From Streptococcus cristatus (lineage in GTDB: Bacteria; Bacillota; Bacilli; Lactobacillales; Streptococcaceae): DNA of 52,948 nt. Below are positions 11,179 to 20,656 of the stretch, piece after piece. Location of the stretch: positions 1-52,948 of the forward strand of contig CAJPQE010000001.1 of the NCBI GenBank assembly GCA_905372795.1, given 5' to 3'. The first letter of the stretch is position 1. Each line of letters opens with the position of its first letter. The notes beneath the pieces are model-generated. The model saw only the letters and a list, made by a program, of their open reading frames with translations. It was not told the origin of the DNA and searched no databases. The position numbers and the translations under genes were made by a program.

Positions 11179-12048
11179 TTAGATCTTTGATTTATCGGAA
11201 GATGAAGAGGAGCTTGAGTCAGATTTAGAGCCAGAATCGGTTGATTTGTTTCCTTTACGGGTTTCCGCACCATTTGCTGAATACTCATTTACAAACATTG
11301 ATTTACGCAATTCAATAAAGTTTTCGTCATTGAGAATATAGCGACCCTCTTTTGTCTTCGTTAACTCCATTGTAAACTCACGTGGCGCAATGTAGCCAAA
11401 GTCTTCATTCATACGGTCAAAAGCATAGTAGAAGAGGAAGTTATTTACCAAAGCCAAACGTTTCTCAAGATCTGGATCCGTTGAGTCTTCCAAGGCTTTT
11501 ACATCTTCAATCCCATTTTCAAACAGACTAGCTTTGGTCATATTGATTAGATTGGCCAAATCACGTGTCGCAATCGCACGACTCTTAAATGTTACAGTGG
11601 CTGTTTCTCCATCGTCTTCAACCTTAGTAATTTCAAAATCATCGCCAATCGTAGCCAAGACTTTAAAACGTGCTTGGTCAAATAGCTCTAAGATTTTTGA
11701 TGGAGGGAATTTTTCTGTCTTCAAGTCAAGTGTATAGTTTTCTTCTGGCGTATATTTAGACAGATTTTCATCAACGTAAGACTGAGTAATACCTTTCTTC
11801 CATTTGTCAACAGAAGTTCCCATCAAGGTCGTGAAACCTGAAGAGTGATCGGTAAAGACTGCACGCAAGATAATATCTGCGTCTTTTTCAATCCGCTTTT
11901 CATTGGTTTCTTTTTCTGATGTAGAAGATGAAGACTGCTCTGTCTTCACGTTTTCAGCGTTCTTCTTCTGTGGTTTTGGGAGGGCCGAACATGCTCCCAA
12001 CAAAAGAATACAAGCAGGCAATACGCCAAATTTCATCAATTTTTTCAT
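11179..12048 (-). CDS. Uncharacterised lipoprotein
   Basis: AGGAG RBS; basic N-terminus, lipobox LLGAC; Ser-rich linkers at both ends. Confidence 0.8.
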   Translation of the reverse strand: MKKLMKFGVLPACILLLGACSALPKPQKKNAENVKTEQSSSSTSEKETNEKRIEKDADIILRAVFTDHSSGFTTLMGTSVDKWKKGITQSYVDENLSKYTPEENYTLDLKTEKFPPSKILELFDQARFKVLATIGDDFEITKVEDDGETATVTFKSRAIATRDLANLINMTKASLFENGIEDVKALEDSTDPDLEKRLALVNNFLFYYAFDRMNEDFGYIAPREFTMELTKTKEGRYILNDENFIELRKSMFVNEYSANGAETRKGNKSTDSGSKSDSSSSSSSDKSKI

Positions 12049-12124
12049 TTTTTCTCCTTTATTTATGTAAGAGTATATCCATTATACCAAAATATTATCA
12101 ATTTGTTACATTATTTGCTCGCTG

Positions 12125-12141
12125 TGTAACAAAATTGTAAT
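12125..12141. promoter_or_regulatory. Putative VicR/WalR box
   Basis: TGTAAC-AAAAT-TGTAAT matches TGTWAH-N5-TGTWAH exactly; lies upstream of the extended -10 TGGTATAAT (minus strand, 12081-12089). Confidence 0.6.
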
Positions 12142-12192
12142 ATTTTGAGATTCCTTAAAGAGCTCAGCCTTTAAGAAAGAATAAGTTTTTCT

Positions 12193-13473
12193 CTAACAAC
12201 CTAATTTTTCGAGAACAGCCTGATAATTTTCTTGAACTTGATCCAGTCCAACCACTACTTCTTGACGAGTTTCATTATTCTTCACGGTGACTTGGCCGCT
12301 TTCGATCTCACTTTCACCTAAAGTAATGATGGTCTTCGCTCTGAAAGCATCTGCTGACTTGAACTGAGCCTTGAGCTTGCGGTTCAAGTAATCTCGCTCG
12401 ACCGCATATCCTTGATTGCGGAGAGCCTGTACCAGCTCCAAAGCACTGCGATTGGCAGCTTCACCTAGAACGGCAATATAGGCATCCAAACCTGTCTCAA
12501 GTGGCAGAGCTACTCCCTGTTTTTCTAAAATCAAGAGGAGACGCTCCATTCCCATACCAAAACCAAAGGCAGGGGTTTCTGGCCCACCGAAATAGTCAAC
12601 CAAGCCATCATAACGGCCACCCGCACAGATAGTTAGTTCGCTGCCTGCCACATCAGTCGTAAACTCAAAAATCGTATGATTGTAGTAGTCCAGACCGCGC
12701 ACCATATTGGTGTTAATGACATAAGGAACGTCCAAAGACTCTAGCATTGAGCGGACAGCCGCAAAATGCTCCTGGCTCTCCTCGTCCAGAAAGTCCAAAA
12801 TCGAAGGAGCCTGCGCAACAGCTGCTTTATCTTCTTTTTCCTTCGAATCCAGCACCCGTAGCGGATTTTCCTCCAAACGACGCTGGCTATCCTTAGAAAG
12901 GCTGTCTTTCAGCGGAGTCAAATAATCAATCAAGGCCTGACGGTAGGCAGCCCGACTCGCCGCATTTCCCAAACTATTCAGTTGCAGCGTCACCTGTCCA
13001 ATCCCAATTTCCTTGAAGAACTGAGCCGCCATAGCAATCGTTTCTGCATCTGTCGCTGGATTTTCAGAGCCGAAGCACTCCACCCCGATTTGGTGAAATT
13101 CGCGCAAGCGACCAGCCTGAGGCCGCTCATAGCGGAACATAGAGCCCATATAATAAAGCTTAACTGGCTTTTGAACTTCTGGTGCAAAGAGCTTGTTTTC
13201 GACATAAGAACGAACGACCGGTGCAGTTCCTTCTGGCCGTAGCGTAATATGACGGTCTCCCTTATCGTAGAAATCATACATTTCCTTGGTCACAATGTCT
13301 GTTGTATCTCCAACAGAACGACTGATGACCTCATAGTGCTCAAAAATCGGTGTCCGAATTTCCGCATAGTTGTATTTTTTAAACGTCTTACGAGCAAACT
13401 CCTCCAGATACTGCCATTTAGCAGATTCCTGAGGGAGGATATCCTGAGTTCCTTTAGGTTTTTGTAATTTCAT
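12193..13473 (-). CDS. hisS: Histidine--tRNA ligase
   Basis: [43 protein letters not shown]. Confidence 0.98.
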   Translation of the reverse strand: MKLQKPKGTQDILPQESAKWQYLEEFARKTFKKYNYAEIRTPIFEHYEVISRSVGDTTDIVTKEMYDFYDKGDRHITLRPEGTAPVVRSYVENKLFAPEVQKPVKLYYMGSMFRYERPQAGRLREFHQIGVECFGSENPATDAETIAMAAQFFKEIGIGQVTLQLNSLGNAASRAAYRQALIDYLTPLKDSLSKDSQRRLEENPLRVLDSKEKEDKAAVAQAPSILDFLDEESQEHFAAVRSMLESLDVPYVINTNMVRGLDYYNHTIFEFTTDVAGSELTICAGGRYDGLVDYFGGPETPAFGFGMGMERLLLILEKQGVALPLETGLDAYIAVLGEAANRSALELVQALRNQGYAVERDYLNRKLKAQFKSADAFRAKTIITLGESEIESGQVTVKNNETRQEVVVGLDQVQENYQAVLEKLGC

Positions 13474-13657
13474 TTTCTAATCCTCTGCAACTATATAATA
13501 TCTATTATTTTACCATAAATCAGATGTTTTGAGGAGTTAGAGCAGAAAAATTCCCTCCAAGAGACTAAATCCGTTTTCATTCGCCAGAATTTCTTGAAAA
13601 ATTGTCAGAATTATGAGAAAATAAGACCACCATTCTATAGAGAAAGAAGGACCGAAG

Positions 13658-13999
13658 ATGAGAGACGATATCAAAATCAATGACCGAGCAGCAGCTATCC
13701 AAGAAGAATTAATTAAAAAACTCGAAACGATTTACGATCCAGAGGTCGAGCTTGATGTCTACAATCTCGGGCTCATCTATGAAATCAATCTTGACGAGAC
13801 TGGCCACTGCAAGATTGTCATGACCTTCACAGACACAGCCTGCGACTGTACCGAGACCGTTCCTATTGAAATTGTCGAGTCCCTGAAGCAAATCGAGGGC
13901 ATCGAAACGGTCTCCGTTGAAGTCACTTGGTCGCCCGCGTGGAAAATCACTCGTATCAGTCGCTTTGGACGAATTGCGCTGGGGATTAGTCCTAGATAA
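13658..13999 (+). CDS. Metal-sulfur cluster assembly factor (DUF59/SufT-like)
   Basis: DPEVELDVYNLGLIY, MTFTDTAC, WSPAW motifs. Confidence 0.88.
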   Translation: MRDDIKINDRAAAIQEELIKKLETIYDPEVELDVYNLGLIYEINLDETGHCKIVMTFTDTACDCTETVPIEIVESLKQIEGIETVSVEVTWSPAWKITRISRFGRIALGISPR

Positions 14000-14026
14000 G
14001 ATGCTGAACATTCATCTAAATTAATA

Positions 14027-14056
14027 AACCCGCTAGAAAAACTAGCGGGTTCTTTT
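14027..14056. terminator. Terminator between convergent sufT-like gene and ilvD
   Basis: AACCCGCTAG-AAAAA-CTAGCGGGTT followed by CTTTT. Confidence 0.75.
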
Positions 14057-14068
14057 GTCATATATAGG

Positions 14069-15775
14069 CTATTTTTTACCTGTTTCTTCTGGCTTCCAGA
14101 AGTCGGTAACAGCACCTTTAGCAGCAGAGGATACCATATGGGCATATTTACCAAGTACACCGCGGCTATAAAGCGGTGGAATAGTTGTTTCTGCTTTGCG
14201 TTTTTCAAGTTCTTCTTCAGAAACTGCCATGGAAATTTCCTTGGTATCTTGGTCAACCGTGACCATATCGCCTGTACGAAGATAGGCAATCGGGCCACCA
14301 TCCTGAGCTTCCGGAGCGATATGTCCGACAACGAGACCATAAGTACCACCTGAGAAGCGGCCGTCTGTCAAAAGGGCTACCTTATCTCCTTGACCTTTCC
14401 CTACAATGATAGAAGAAAGTGACAGCATTTCTGGCATACCAGGGCCACCCTTTGGACCAACGTAGCGAACCACGACTACATCGCCATCGACTACTTCATC
14501 GGCCAAGACTGCATCAATAGCAGCTTCTTCTGAGTCAAAAACCTTAGCAGGTCCGACGTGACGACGAACTTTAACACCTGATACCTTGGCAACCGCGCCA
14601 TCTGGCGCCAGATTACCATGTAGGATAATCAATGGACCATCTGCACGTTTTGGATTTTCAAGCGGCATGATGACTTTTTGTCCTGGTGTCAAGTCAGCAA
14701 AGTCAGCCAAGTTTTCAGCCACCGTCTTACCTGTACAAGTGATGCGATCGCCATGTAGGAAACCATTTGCCAGCAAGTATTTCATAACCGCTGGGACACC
14801 ACCGACATTGTATAGGTCTTGGAAGACATACTGACCAGATGGTTTCAAATCCGCCAAATGCGGCACGCGCTCTTGAATGACATTGAAATCATCCAAGGTC
14901 AGCTCCACATTAGCCGCATGGGCAATAGCTAACAAGTGCAGAGTGGCATTGGTCGAGCCGCCCAGAGCCATGGTCACTGTGATCGCATCTTCGAAGGCTT
15001 CACGAGTCAGAATGTCAGACGGCTTGAGCCCCATTTCCAGCATCCGAACAACTGCTCGGCCAGCTTCCACGATATCGTCTCTCTTATCTTGAGATTCTGC
15101 TGGGTGAGAAGAAGAGCCAGGCAAGCTCATACCTAGGACTTCAATAGCCGTCGCCATAGTATTGGCTGTGTACATACCGCCACAGCCACCAGGGCCAGGG
15201 CAGGCATTACACTCGATGCGGCGCACTTCCTCAGCAGTCAAATCGCCATGGTTCCACTTCCCGATGCCTTCAAAGACAGAAACTAGGTCAATGTCCTTGC
15301 CATCCAGATTTCCCGGTGCAATAGTTCCACCATAAGCAAAAATGGCTGGAATATCCATATTAGCGATGGCAATCATAGAACCAGGCATATTCTTATCACA
15401 GCCCCCGATGGCCACGAAGGCATCCACATTGTGCCCACCCATGGCAGCTTCGATGGAGTCTGCGATGATATCGCGTGAAGTCAGAGAGAAGCGCATGCCC
15501 GGTGTTCCCATGGCAATACCGTCCGCAACCGTAATCGTACCAAACTGAACAGGCCAAGCACCTTGTTCTTTTACTCCTTCCTTGGCTAACTTACCAAAAT
15601 CATGCAGGTGAATATTACAAGGCGTATTTTCAGCCCAAGTCGAAATCACTCCGACAATCGGAGTTTTAAAGTCCTTGTCTGTCATCCCTGTCGCACGAAG
15701 CATGGCGCGGTTAGGAGATTTGACCATACTGTCATAAATCTTACTTTTGTGGCGTGTATCTAATTTATCTGTCAT
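14069..15775 (-). CDS. ilvD: Dihydroxy-acid dehydratase
   Basis: [41 protein letters not shown]; start set at ATG 15775 after GAAAGGG. Confidence 0.97.
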   Translation of the reverse strand: MTDKLDTRHKSKIYDSMVKSPNRAMLRATGMTDKDFKTPIVGVISTWAENTPCNIHLHDFGKLAKEGVKEQGAWPVQFGTITVADGIAMGTPGMRFSLTSRDIIADSIEAAMGGHNVDAFVAIGGCDKNMPGSMIAIANMDIPAIFAYGGTIAPGNLDGKDIDLVSVFEGIGKWNHGDLTAEEVRRIECNACPGPGGCGGMYTANTMATAIEVLGMSLPGSSSHPAESQDKRDDIVEAGRAVVRMLEMGLKPSDILTREAFEDAITVTMALGGSTNATLHLLAIAHAANVELTLDDFNVIQERVPHLADLKPSGQYVFQDLYNVGGVPAVMKYLLANGFLHGDRITCTGKTVAENLADFADLTPGQKVIMPLENPKRADGPLIILHGNLAPDGAVAKVSGVKVRRHVGPAKVFDSEEAAIDAVLADEVVDGDVVVVRYVGPKGGPGMPEMLSLSSIIVGKGQGDKVALLTDGRFSGGTYGLVVGHIAPEAQDGGPIAYLRTGDMVTVDQDTKEISMAVSEEELEKRKAETTIPPLYSRGVLGKYAHMVSSAAKGAVTDFWKPEETGKK

Positions 15776-15853
15776 GTCTTTCCCTTTCATTGTAGTCATC
15801 TTTGTGCTTTATTATACCACACTTATGCTCTATTGGATAGAAGAAAATTTTTA

Positions 15854-15868
15854 AATTTTCAGAATATT
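15854..15868. promoter_or_regulatory. CodY box upstream of ilvD
   Basis: AATTTTCAGAATATT has one mismatch to AATTTTCWGAAAATT; branched-chain amino-acid genes are typical CodY targets. Confidence 0.75.
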
Positions 15869-16042
15869 GGAATAATAACTCCAAAAATAGATGCAACTGC
15901 TAAAAAGCTTTGCTATTGTCCAAAAGAAAATCAAAAAATTCTGTCAAGTAACTTTACTTTACAAAAAAGTTTTGTTATACTGTTAAAGTTGATGAAAATC
16001 ATGAGATTGCATCGAATTACATTCTAAAAGGAGAAACAAACA

Positions 16043-16225
16043 ATGGCAGTACCTGCACGTCGCACTTCAAAAGCGAAGAAAAACAAACGTCGTACACACT
16101 ACAAAGTAACAGCTCCATCTGTAAACTTTGACGAAACTACTGGAGATTACTCACGTTCTCACCGTGTATCACTTAAAGGATACTACAAAGGACGTAAAAT
16201 CGCTAAAGCTGCTGCAGCTGAATAA
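16043..16225 (+). CDS. rpmF: 50S ribosomal protein L32 (Cys-free type)
   Basis: [19 protein letters not shown]...GYYKGR. Confidence 0.97.
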   Translation: MAVPARRTSKAKKNKRRTHYKVTAPSVNFDETTGDYSRSHRVSLKGYYKGRKIAKAAAAE

Positions 16226-16240
16226 TAGAAGGGAGATACC

Positions 16241-16390
16241 ATGCGCGTAAATATTACACTTGAACACAAAGAATCTGGTGAACGCTTGTACCTTACTTCT
16301 AAAAACAAACGTAACACTCCAGACCGTCTTCAATTGAAGAAATACTCACCAAAACTTCGCAAACACGTTGTGTTTACAGAAGTTAAGTAA
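16241..16390 (+). CDS. rpmG: 50S ribosomal protein L33 (Cys-free type); absent from the ORF track
   Basis: Manual translation [57 protein letters not shown]. Confidence 0.97.
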
Positions 16391-16413
16391 GCATTCACTA
16401 CGAATCAATACAG

Positions 16414-16450
16414 AAGAAAAACGCTGATTTCAAGCGTTTTTTCTTTTTCT
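16414..16450 (+). terminator. rpmFG terminator
   Basis: AAGAAAAACGCT-GATTTCA-AGCGTTTTTTCTTTTT. Confidence 0.75.
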
Positions 16451-16675
16451 TGAATTCAGTACATCGCAATATAAATCAAGCGAATCACCACTTTTTTCAC
16501 TACCTTTATTGAAATGAGAATATCGATTCGGACAATCAAAAGTAAGAGGAACTTCATTATGAGGCTCCTCTTTTTCTATGCTCGCTCCAACATCTATTTT
16601 ATTATTGTGTTATGCTAAAATAGCATATAAATTAATGCCGTCTAGCTTTATTCAGCTCGACAAGTTGAAATCTGT

Positions 16676-17293
16676 TTACTTACGGTGTTCCTCTACTTTA
16701 CATTCATACTTTTTTAAAAGTTCCCGTGAGTAAACTTTTTCATGTGTCGAGTTTCTAACTTCTTTCCAGAGAATAGCTGCAACTTTTAACTTATTAGAAT
16801 AACAATCGCTCAATTCATCTAAACAAAAGTCTTTTAGAAACTGATTCCATTGGCAAGCCGAACTATCATACTTGGCATAATCTGACTCACCATAATATAT
16901 TTTAATCATATCTTGAATAGTGAATGTTATATCTTTATCCCTTTTTACTTTTCGCCAAGCTGTTGCCATATCAGCACTAAATTTAAACGGACTAATCCCT
17001 GTTATAGCTGAAAAATAATCTCGAAATTTTTGGTTAAAAGAAAAACCACAGTTAAGTAACGGAGTCTCCAAGGTTATCACTTCGACTTGACTTTTGTTTC
17101 CTGTCTTCAAAAATTTTTCTACTTTATTTCCCCTAAAATATTGTTCGATAATATAGTTCAATTCTTGCTTCGTACATCTATACTCTAATCCAAGGGACTT
17201 ACAAATTTGTGAAAGTTCTTCTCGATACCAATAGTATCTATTAAATTCTTCAAATGATTTTATATCTCGAAAATCAGGTCTTTTTTCTCCCAT
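16676..17293 (-). CDS. SAP-domain/DUF6434-like hypothetical protein
   Basis: F..YYWYREELSQICKSLGL...TKQEL and QWNQFLKDF motifs; visibly AT-rich; start at ATG 17293 or GTG 17299. Confidence 0.75.
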   Translation of the reverse strand: MGEKRPDFRDIKSFEEFNRYYWYREELSQICKSLGLEYRCTKQELNYIIEQYFRGNKVEKFLKTGNKSQVEVITLETPLLNCGFSFNQKFRDYFSAITGISPFKFSADMATAWRKVKRDKDITFTIQDMIKIYYGESDYAKYDSSACQWNQFLKDFCLDELSDCYSNKLKVAAILWKEVRNSTHEKVYSRELLKKYECKVEEHRK

Positions 17294-17320
17294 ATGCACA
17301 CCTTAATAAATTCAAATTTG

Positions 17321-17606
17321 TCAGACAATCAATTTACTTGCTAACTTGTAAACCCGTCTTATCACTTTACTTTCTAAGTTCCAGCTATCGAGCTCAATTT
17401 TAAGCAACTCTGGAAATTTCTTACTAACATCCCCTAAAGCATTTCCAACCGATTTTCTCACATATTCGCTTGCATCTTCTTTTAAGTTTGCAATCTTTCA
17501 ATAGCTTCATTCGGATTTCCTTAAACTATGATCTACTCGTCTATATTCTTAACCCCTCTATGACTGCTCTCCTTGTATTAGGATTGAATAACCAGAATAC
17601 AATCAT
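17321..17606 (-). pseudogene. 3' remnant of a HEAT-repeat DNA alkylation repair protein gene
   Basis: Manual minus-strand reconstruction: WLFNPNTRRAVIEGLRI*TSRS*FKE/PNEAIER/ANLKEDASEYVRKSVGNALGDVSKKFPELLKIELDSWNLESKVIRRVYKLASKLIV*; two in-frame TAG stops, two frameshifts, N-terminus missing. Confidence 0.75.
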
Positions 17607-17764
17607 AACTGTTCATATTATATCATTATTTCTAAGATATTATTTCTATCAACTTCAAATCCTTCAAAAAAGAGAAGAGAAATGGATAAAATTCGGAGAA
17701 AAACTCTTATAAAATTCCAAGAAAACCCTTACTTTTGAAAATCTTCATTTTAATGCAATAAACT

Positions 17765-17793
17765 TTGACAGATGCTCTACTAGCCTTTATAAT
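17765..17793 (+). promoter_or_regulatory. Perfect consensus sigma-A promoter
   Basis: TTGACA-N17-TATAAT, 27 bp upstream of ATG 17821; RBS GGGAG. Confidence 0.85.
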
Positions 17794-17820
17794 AGTATTA
17801 TTACTAAAATTAGGGAGAGT

Positions 17821-20616
17821 ATGTCCATGCCAAATAATGAAGAGAACAAAGGTATGTTTCGTAATTTTTTAGGTGGCTTTAAGCGTCTTATAAAAGGAGA
17901 AGAGGACGAATCATCCACTTCTGCGGTTCATAACAATGAAGGAAGTACCCCACAAGTCAATGTGAACCCAGAAGATAGAGAAAATTTCCTCATTGAGAAA
18001 GCTTTGGAATCGATCCAATACTACGACCGCTTGGATGTTATGAATATCGGTGGAGAAGAGGATCCAGACGAATCTCAAGCTGTAGAAAGTGAATCTAGTC
18101 TGGAGCAAGAAAAAATGGCAGCGAAAAACCAGGCAGCCAGCACGACAGAATCTGCTGAGACAAGCATTTCTTCAGATTCTATGAAAAAGAGGGGCTTGAA
18201 GAGTACTGCTGATTCAATATCTCTATCATTAAGTATAGAAAGTAAAAAGGCTTCTCGTAGTTTAGAAGTAACCGAATCACAGACACAAAGTTTGGAAGTT
18301 GGGCAATCTGATAGCAAGGAAACGGATACTTCTGCTAGCTTGTCAATTGCGCAAAGTCATGCCTTCGAGCAATCAATCCTTGAAGAAAATAGAGCGTCGC
18401 TGAGCTTATCAATTTTTGAGTCTGTATCTCAAAGCATGGCCGCTGAAGAGTCTCTCAGTGCGGACAACGAAGCATCGCTGAGCTTATCTGTAGCTGAGTC
18501 GGTTTCTCAAAGCATTGTAGTCCAAGAGTCAATCAGCGCAGAAATCGAAGCATCTACCAGCTTGTCTATCGCTGAATCTGTGTCTCAAAGTATCGCGATT
18601 CAAGAATCAATCAGCGCAGAAATCGAAGCGTCTAAGAGCTTGTCGGTTGCTGAGTCTGTGGCGCAAAGCATTGCTATCCAAGAATCAATCAGCGCAGAAA
18701 TCGAAGCATCGCTGAGCTTATCTGCTGCTGAGTCTGTTTCTCAAAGTATTGCCATTCAAGAATCAATCAGCGCAGAAATCGAAGCATCTACTAGCTTATC
18801 TGTAGCAGAGTCTGTTTCGCAAAGTATTGCTATCCAAGAATCAATCAGCGCAGAAACGGAAGCATCTACTAGCTTATCTGTAGCAGAGTCTGTTTCGCAA
18901 AGCATCGCGATTCAGGAATCCATTAGCTCAGAATTGGAAACGTCGCTGAGCTTATCTATCGCTGAATCTGTATCTCAAAGTATCGCGATTCAGGAATCCA
19001 TTAGCGCAGAATTGGAAACGTCGCTGAGCTTATCCGTGGCTGAGTCTGTATCTCAAAGCATTGCTATCCAAGAATCGATCAGCGCAAAAATCGAAGCGTC
19101 TATCAGCTTGTCCGTGGCGGAGTCTATTTCTCAGAGCGTTGCCATCCAAGAATCTATTAGTGCAGAATTGGAAGCATCGCTAAGCTTATCTGCTGCTGAG
19201 TCTATTTCTCAAAGCATCGCGATTCAAGAATCAATCAGCGCAGAATTGGAAACGTCGCTGAGCTTGTCCGTGGCGGAGTCTATTTCTCAGAGCCTTGCAA
19301 TTCAAGAATCGATCAGCGCGGAATTGGAAGCTTCTACTAGCCTATCTGTAGCAGAGTCAGTTTCGCAAAGCATTGCAGTCCAAGAATCCATCAGCGCGGA
19401 AATCGAAGCGTCTAAGAGCTTGTCGATTGCTGAATCTGTGGCTCAAAGTATCGCAATTCAGGAATCCATTAGCGCAGAATTGGAAACGTCTAACAGCTTG
19501 TCCGTGGCGGAATCGGTGTCTCAAAGCATTGCTATCCAAGAATCAATCAGTGCAGAAATCGAAGCGTCTACTAGTCTGTCGATAGCTGAATCTGTATCTC
19601 AAAGCATTGCTATTGAAGAATCAATCAGTGCAGAGAACGAAGCATCTACAAGCTTGTCTGTAGAGGAATCCCAAGTCTTAGATAGAGCTATTGAACAGTC
19701 TATTATCACGGAAAACGAAGTGTCTACGAGCTTGTCTATCGTAGAATCAGAGGCGCTAAGCAAAGCAATTGAACAATCTATTAGTGCAGAAAATGAAGCG
19801 TCTATCAGCCTGTCTGTGGCTGAATCCCAAGCCTTAAGTCGAGCAATTGAACAATCTATTAGCGCGGAGAACGAGGCATCACTAAGCCTATCTGTGACGG
19901 AAAATGAAATTCAAAGCATCGCTATTGAACAGTCTATCAGCCTAGAAAATGAAGTATCTACTAACCTGTCTATGGCGGAATCCGAGGCGAAAAGCGTGGC
20001 CGTAGAGCATTCTATCAGCTTGGAACAAGAACAGTCACGCAGCCTATCTATCGCAGAATCACAATCACAACATGCGGCGGTGGAACAATCTCGCAATCTG
20101 GAACAGGAATATTCATACAGTCTGGCGGCTGCGGAATCTAGAACCAAAAGAGATACTATTGAGCAGTCTACCAGCTTGGAGCAAGAACAATCATTTAGTT
20201 TATCTACTGCAGAATCTAAAATCCTCAGCAGAGCCGTTGAACAATCAATCAGCGTCGAACAGGATCATTCATTCAGCATTTACCTTGCCCAATCTGAAGC
20301 CCAAAGTAAGATTATTGAGCAGTCTATCAGCCTAGAGCAAGAACAGTCACGCAGTCTATCTGTTGCGGAATCGCAATCACAAAGTATCGCTATTGAGCAA
20401 TCAATGAGCGTGGAAAGAGAGCGTTCAATCAGTCTATCTATCGCTGAATCACAGTCACAAAGAATGATCATTGAACAATCAATCAGTGCAGAGAGAGCCC
20501 ATTCGATCAGCCTGTCTGCTGCCGTATATCAATCGCAAAGCATGGCTTCTGAGTTCACTACTGTTACACAGAATCTATCAACCTTGGCCATGATTACTAA
20601 GAGACATAAAAAATAA
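17821..20616 (+). CDS. Ser/Glu/Ala/Ile-rich tandem-repeat protein of unknown function (no signal peptide or anchor)
   Basis: 931-aa ORF with promoter and RBS; acidic N-terminal region, 28 x 26-aa repeats, basic tail KRHKK. Confidence 0.85.
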   Translation: MSMPNNEENKGMFRNFLGGFKRLIKGEEDESSTSAVHNNEGSTPQVNVNPEDRENFLIEKALESIQYYDRLDVMNIGGEEDPDESQAVESESSLEQEKMAAKNQAASTTESAETSISSDSMKKRGLKSTADSISLSLSIESKKASRSLEVTESQTQSLEVGQSDSKETDTSASLSIAQSHAFEQSILEENRASLSLSIFESVSQSMAAEESLSADNEASLSLSVAESVSQSIVVQESISAEIEASTSLSIAESVSQSIAIQESISAEIEASKSLSVAESVAQSIAIQESISAEIEASLSLSAAESVSQSIAIQESISAEIEASTSLSVAESVSQSIAIQESISAETEASTSLSVAESVSQSIAIQESISSELETSLSLSIAESVSQSIAIQESISAELETSLSLSVAESVSQSIAIQESISAKIEASISLSVAESISQSVAIQESISAELEASLSLSAAESISQSIAIQESISAELETSLSLSVAESISQSLAIQESISAELEASTSLSVAESVSQSIAVQESISAEIEASKSLSIAESVAQSIAIQESISAELETSNSLSVAESVSQSIAIQESISAEIEASTSLSIAESVSQSIAIEESISAENEASTSLSVEESQVLDRAIEQSIITENEVSTSLSIVESEALSKAIEQSISAENEASISLSVAESQALSRAIEQSISAENEASLSLSVTENEIQSIAIEQSISLENEVSTNLSMAESEAKSVAVEHSISLEQEQSRSLSIAESQSQHAAVEQSRNLEQEYSYSLAAAESRTKRDTIEQSTSLEQEQSFSLSTAESKILSRAVEQSISVEQDHSFSIYLAQSEAQSKIIEQSISLEQEQSRSLSVAESQSQSIAIEQSMSVERERSISLSIAESQSQRMIIEQSISAERAHSISLSAAVYQSQSMASEFTTVTQNLSTLAMITKRHKK
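18373..20556 (+). repeat. 28 tandem 78-bp coding repeats (consensus SISAEIEASTSLSVAESVSQSIAIQE)
   Basis: Units counted manually; 28 x 78 = 2184 bp fills 18373-20556 exactly; units 3-16 near-identical in protein, 17-28 more divergent. Confidence 0.9.
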
Positions 20617-20656
20617 GCTCAGAACAAGCAGCGAATGAATACTGAAAGGAACTAAT

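Noticed and set aside
13777..14349. 190-aa minus-strand ORF
   Set aside because: Out-of-frame overlap with ilvD, antisense to the sufT-like gene, and crosses a terminator
15833..16027. 64-aa ORF upstream of rpmF
   Set aside because: Spans AT-rich promoter DNA including the CodY box; TTG start with no RBS
16399..16407. ComX/CIN box
   Set aside because: TACGAATC mismatches TACGAATA, and the site precedes a terminator rather than a gene
17470..17712. 80-aa plus-strand ORF
   Set aside because: Antisense to the alkylation-repair pseudogene; TTG start without RBS; no recognisable motif
18373..20556. 78-bp repeats as a CRISPR array
   Set aside because: No unique spacers; repeats are contiguous, in frame and vary synonymously; no cas genes in the window
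17821..20616. Canonical serine-rich repeat adhesin (Fap1/GspB/SrpA/PsrP)
   Set aside because: No KxYKxGKxW signal peptide, no LPxTG or TM anchor, no accessory Sec or gtf genes, and the repeat is 26-aa rather than SX dipeptide
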